Source: Anthoceros angustus
Taxonomy: Eukaryota; Plantae; Anthocerotophyta
Assembly: GCA_010909165.1 (NCBI GenBank)
Contig: MU008155.1
Span: 2,232,001-2,296,000 of the forward strand
Direction of reading: 5' to 3'
DNA: 64,000 bases
In this document: piece after piece, positions 59,885-64,000 of the stretch
How positions within the stretch are numbered: position 1 is the stretch's first letter
Layout: the number at the start of each line of letters is the position of its first letter
Program-made: the position numbers and the translations under genes
Notes under the pieces: generated by a model
The model's input: the letters and a program-made list of their open reading frames with translations, nothing else
Databases searched by the model: none
What the model was told of the DNA's origin: nothing

Positions 59885-60467
59885 CCGTCTTGCTTTCCTT
59901 TCCCTTCCACTGTACATATTAGGAGACTGTGCTCGAAATTGTGCACAGTTCTGTTGGCTAGTTTGCCTTGTACAAAAGCTGTGCTCCGCTGCTTGGTGTA
60001 GCCGGGTACTCCGCTCTTGCAATTTGTGCATGAGTCTCAGATACTTAATATTTGTGTTATAGCCCTGTCCACTTACTGCTCAGATGTTTTCTGCGCTTGA
60101 CAAATTTTTAGTGGACTTCATAAGCGATAGCCGTCTGTCCAGGTTCGCACCCATGCTCTGCCTTCGGCACGCGTGTGTATTGACCTCGATACGCTTCTGG
60201 CTTCCCGCTCATGGCTCATCTCCTAGCCTGCGGCAAAAGCTGGATTAGGCCACCTGAGTGGTCGAAGTTCAGCAGATGGTCGCAACCGTTCTCGGAGTCA
60301 CGACACCAGTCAGGAATGTGTGTAAGGGGCAATGATTTACGGACCTGCCACTCGCAGGAGCAGGATGCAACCGATGTGGGTGATGGGTTGAAGCTGCCAC
60401 AATCTCGTACTGCGTTTGGGGCGGCAAGTGGCGTGAGGTACTCCTTTCGGTTCAGACAGGTACAGCT

Positions 60468-62747
60468 TTGTTACGGACGCTGTCCAATTTGCACACTGCC
60501 GAGGGTGTTGATGTAGGACTCATCCAACCCGGTCTGATGATGATGCTTGGTGTTCGCAGAGAGGCAACAAGTCTTCACTCTCCGGAGTCATTTGGAGATT
60601 TCAGCAGCCTGTGTGACGAGGGGAAGTTGAGCGAAGCGTATCAGTGTCTTGAGAGGCTCAGTCAACAAGGGCTCCACGTTTCCGTTGCAACGTTGGGTCG
60701 GCTTTTGCAGGGCTGCATCAGACTGAAAGATGTGGTGGTCGGCAGGCAAGTGCATGCTCTGATCGTCCAGCATGGTTACGAACGGGATGGAGCTCTGGGT
60801 GATCATTTTGTTTGCTTATATGCTGTTTGCGGAAGGTTGCAAGAAGCGGCCCAAGTGTTTGGCAACCTGCGAGCACCAGGAGTGTATGCATGGGCTGCCA
60901 TCATTTCTGCATATGTCAAACATGGATTCGGACACCAGGCTGTATGGCTGTATAGCCGACTGCGAGTGTCAGATGTGAAGCCTAATGACTACGTATTTGT
61001 TGCTGCTATTAGAGCTTGCTCCTGTGCAAAGGCACTGACAGCAGGCAGGTTGGTTGAAGCCGACGCAAGGGTCAGTGGGTTCGGCTCAAATATGTTTGTT
61101 GGGAGCGCACTCATAGACATGTATGCGAGGTGTGGTAACCTGGCAGATGCACGCAAGGTGTTTGACGGATTGCCGACCAAGGATTTGGTTGCATGGAGTG
61201 CGATGATTGGAGGCTATGCTCGGCAAGGGGATGATCAAGGAGCACTGGAACTGTTTGTGGAGATGCAAGTAGAGGGCATGAAGCCAAACAAGGTCACAGT
61301 CTTGAGCATGCTGAAAGCGTGCTGCAAAGTGGCAGCGTTAGAACAGGGCCAGCTACTCCATGCTTATATTCTGGGAAGTTGTTGGGAGCTGGACCTTGTG
61401 GTTGGGAGCTCACTGATCGACTTGTATTGTAAATGTGCGGAGTTAAAGACGGCACAAGAGGTCTTTGACATACTAGGTACGAAGGATTTGGTGGTATGGA
61501 CTGCGATGATTGCAGGGTATTCACAAGAGGGTAGATTTGAGGATGCACTTAAGATTTATGAGCAAATGCTAGATACAGGCATGCAGCCGGATCAGGTCAC
61601 ACTGGTCACTGTCCTGAAAGCATGCGCCAGTGTGGCAGCTCTAGGACATGGTAAGCTGCTTCATGCCCAGGCAGCAAACATGGGCCTCACTTCAGAAGTC
61701 TTCGTCTGCAATTGCCTTATCGACATGTACTCCAAGTGCGGGAATCTGGAGGATGCACGGAAGGTTTTTGATGAGCTCCTGTTTCGGGATCAAGTGACAT
61801 GGACCACGATGATAGTGGGATATGCTCAGCATGGAGACCCTCAGGTGGTGTTGCATCTCTTCAGAGAAATGCAAGTGGAGGGGATGAAGCCAGACAAAGT
61901 CACACTTATAGCTGCACTCAATGCATGCTCCAGTGCCACGTCTTTAAGTCAAGGCAAGCTAATCCATACCTGTGTTGTGGAAGGTGGATTCGAGGCAGAT
62001 ATTCAAGTGTGCAATTCCCTCATCGACATGTATGCCAAATGCGGAAGCCTGGGCGATGCTTGCAGAGTCTTCAACAAATCAGCAAAAACAGACACAGTAT
62101 CTTGGAACTGCATGATTCAGGGATATGCAATGCATGGGTATGCACAAGGTGCCCTCCATCTGTTTCAGCAAATGCGACAGGAGGGCTTGCGGCCCAGCAA
62201 AGTTACGTTCCTCTGTTTGCTCTCTGCCTGTAGCCATGCTGGCTTAGTTGATGACGGGCTCTGCTTGCTGCGATCCATGTTGACAGACTTTGGCATTGCC
62301 CCAGAACTCGAGCACTACGTGTGCATAACAGATCTTCTTGGGCGATTTGGAAAGGTGGAGGAGGCCGAGGAGTTCGTCAACAGGCTTCCCATGCAACCCC
62401 ATGTCGCATTATGGACTTCTTTGCTTGGAGCCTGCCGGACTCACAACAATGTAGAGCTTGGACGGCGTGCATTTGAGGCCATCTTGAACCTGAATCCAAC
62501 CAATGTTGCCCCATATGTTCAGCTGTCAAACATCTACGAAGCTGCTGGCAGGCTGGATGAAAAAGCGGCTCTGGTGTCAGAAACTTTGAAGATTTGTGCA
62601 CGAAAGGAACCTGGTCTGACCTGGATGGAGTGTGATGAACAAGTACATGTTTTTTCCGCAAATGATAGGCAGCACCCCGAGAGACAACAGGTTTACGTTG
62701 AGGTGAAGAGATTAGTGGAGAAAATCGCAAAGCCGTCGAGTCTGTGA
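60468..62747 (+). CDS. PLS-class PPR protein, E+ type with a canonical PG box; start uncertain
   Basis: Canonical 35/35/31 aa P-L-S triplets, P2L2S2-E1-E2, then ARKEPGLTWMECDEQVHVFSANDRQHP and a stop. First in-frame ATG is at 60537; the upstream ATG at 60211 is out of frame. Confidence 0.9.
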   Translation: MLRTLSNLHTAEGVDVGLIQPGLMMMLGVRREATSLHSPESFGDFSSLCDEGKLSEAYQCLERLSQQGLHVSVATLGRLLQGCIRLKDVVVGRQVHALIVQHGYERDGALGDHFVCLYAVCGRLQEAAQVFGNLRAPGVYAWAAIISAYVKHGFGHQAVWLYSRLRVSDVKPNDYVFVAAIRACSCAKALTAGRLVEADARVSGFGSNMFVGSALIDMYARCGNLADARKVFDGLPTKDLVAWSAMIGGYARQGDDQGALELFVEMQVEGMKPNKVTVLSMLKACCKVAALEQGQLLHAYILGSCWELDLVVGSSLIDLYCKCAELKTAQEVFDILGTKDLVVWTAMIAGYSQEGRFEDALKIYEQMLDTGMQPDQVTLVTVLKACASVAALGHGKLLHAQAANMGLTSEVFVCNCLIDMYSKCGNLEDARKVFDELLFRDQVTWTTMIVGYAQHGDPQVVLHLFREMQVEGMKPDKVTLIAALNACSSATSLSQGKLIHTCVVEGGFEADIQVCNSLIDMYAKCGSLGDACRVFNKSAKTDTVSWNCMIQGYAMHGYAQGALHLFQQMRQEGLRPSKVTFLCLLSACSHAGLVDDGLCLLRSMLTDFGIAPELEHYVCITDLLGRFGKVEEAEEFVNRLPMQPHVALWTSLLGACRTHNNVELGRRAFEAILNLNPTNVAPYVQLSNIYEAAGRLDEKAALVSETLKICARKEPGLTWMECDEQVHVFSANDRQHPERQQVYVEVKRLVEKIAKPSSL

Positions 62748-63139
62748 ATCTGTATATATAGTACCAACTGGGCCCTCTTGTTGAACATTTAGAGCTCCCA
62801 TTTGGCGAAACATAAGAATTTTGAAACCGTCATAATGTCATTGCTTGAAGAATGAGAACGAAATTTGCTGGTTTGGAAATGGTTATAGTGTCCTTGGTTG
62901 ATAACAAATATGAGATTATCAGAGAATGAGATTAGCTGAGAGACATAAGAAAGCCTTCGAGTGACGTATTGGTAAAATAAAGTGGAAAGGTGAAAATTTA
63001 AAAGAAGGAAAAAAATTAATAGTAGTCGTGTTGCATGCGTCATGCAAATCTCTAATAGAAGGATTGCTGCAGCCACTAATGAAGAGCCGGCTAGAGAGGG
63101 CTCTTACAATAATAAAACAAACATACGTTGTTATAAATG

Positions 63140-63299
63140 TGTGTCCAAATGGACACACAAACGTCGTGATTAAGCATCGGTACTTAGATGGGGTGCCTAA
63201 AGGGAGTGGATGCCCTTGGTGCAAGTAGCTTAGGCACCCCATGGTACAAGTTGTTAAGTACCAAGTCCCATGACGGAAATCCATCCTTAGTGGACTTAA
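63140..63299 (-). repeat. Dispersed structured repeat, inverted partner of 38027-38203
   Basis: Reverse-complement match. Internal stems ATGGGGTGCCTAA/TTAGGCACCCCAT and GGTACTTA/TAAGTACC. Confidence 0.85.
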
Positions 63300-63324
63300 A
63301 TAAAATTCTTCTTCTTCTTCTTCT

Positions 63325-63790
63325 TAGTGAGGATTCTTAGTGATCAGTGGTTTCTAAGAACCCTGAGTTAACTGCCTAGTTGAGGCGAGCCGACGGGATA
63401 TAGAAGTATTAGAGCAAAGGATATAGAAGGGACGGGATATGGAAGTGTTAGAGCAAAGGATATAGAAGGCTTAGAGCAAGGGCTTTGAGTTTAGGAACAT
63501 TCAGTTCATGTGTGCTGCAAGCCTTGTGTTGAGATAGTTGTGGAGAGCCTAGCTAGTGAGCTTGTCCTTGAGTCAAGGGGAGTAGCAAATTAGGCATAGA
63601 TAGCCAGACTCAAGTGTGTATTTCTAGGAATAAAAAGCATCACCTCCTGAGGCTCAAGTGTGTATTTCTAGGAATAAAGAACAGCACCTTCTCATACTCA
63701 AGTGTGTATTTCTAGGAATAAAGAGCACCACCTCAAGGAGGTGACCTACGAGTCGTCAATTGACGGCGGGCTACTCGGAGCCTAGTGTTG
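63325..63790 (+). mobile_element. Uninterrupted copy of the family-B LTR-like element
   Basis: Colinear with the reverse complement of 57035-57235 followed by that of 54030-54486. Contains a tandem CTCAAGTGTGTATTTCTAGGAATAAA repeat x3. Confidence 0.7.
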
Positions 63791-64000
63791 CGTCGTGAAG
63801 TAGTTGAGAGCGTTGAAAATTGTGCAAGTCTTTACGTGGTGTGAATTGGCGATATCCTAGACCGTTAGGAAGCCAGCACTTGCCACTTCCGTACTGACTG
63901 CGTAATGAGGGCGTTACTCCTTGGGTGTATGAATCTGTATTAGCAATACATAGTACGTTTGGGCCTCTTGTATACCAAAACATGAACATGAAAGACGGAA

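Noticed and set aside
63075-63110. CTAATGA followed by an AGAGCC/GGCTCT stem as a hammerhead ribozyme
   Set aside because: The core deviates from CUGAUGA, and GAAA and the other stems are missing.

Overview
Gene-dense nuclear DNA from a non-seed land plant, most likely a hornwort (Anthoceros-like). This is inferred from short ~80-110 nt GT-AG introns, compact intergenic spacing and PLS-class PPR genes carrying the 'WW-type' PG box (KQPGxSWWTD). Positions 1-11 kb are transposon debris: a ~2.15 kb tandem duplication, a pogo/DDE_1 remnant, a 5'-truncated LINE with a TSD and (TAAA)n tail, and a Harbinger/ALP1-like transposase split by a 1.7 kb solo LTR. Then come two head-to-head paralogous PLS-E+ PPR editing-factor genes whose DYW:WW deaminase domains have decayed but are still readable downstream of the stop codons. 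These are followed by a PPR fragment, ABC1K5, a RING-H2 ligase, and a CDPK-like kinase lacking EF-hands. A repeat-rich block lies at 32-38 kb. After it come an ATL RING-H2 ligase, intronless ALIS/CDC50, proteasome alpha-2, a PPR pseudogene, TRAX, a secreted tandem-DUF3455-like protein, a purple acid phosphatase, a copia LTR patchwork, Apollo/SNM1B and a canonical PLS-E+ PPR gene. Four near-perfect tandem duplications with small indels look like long-read assembly artefacts. All assignments come from motif recognition by eye; no searches were run.
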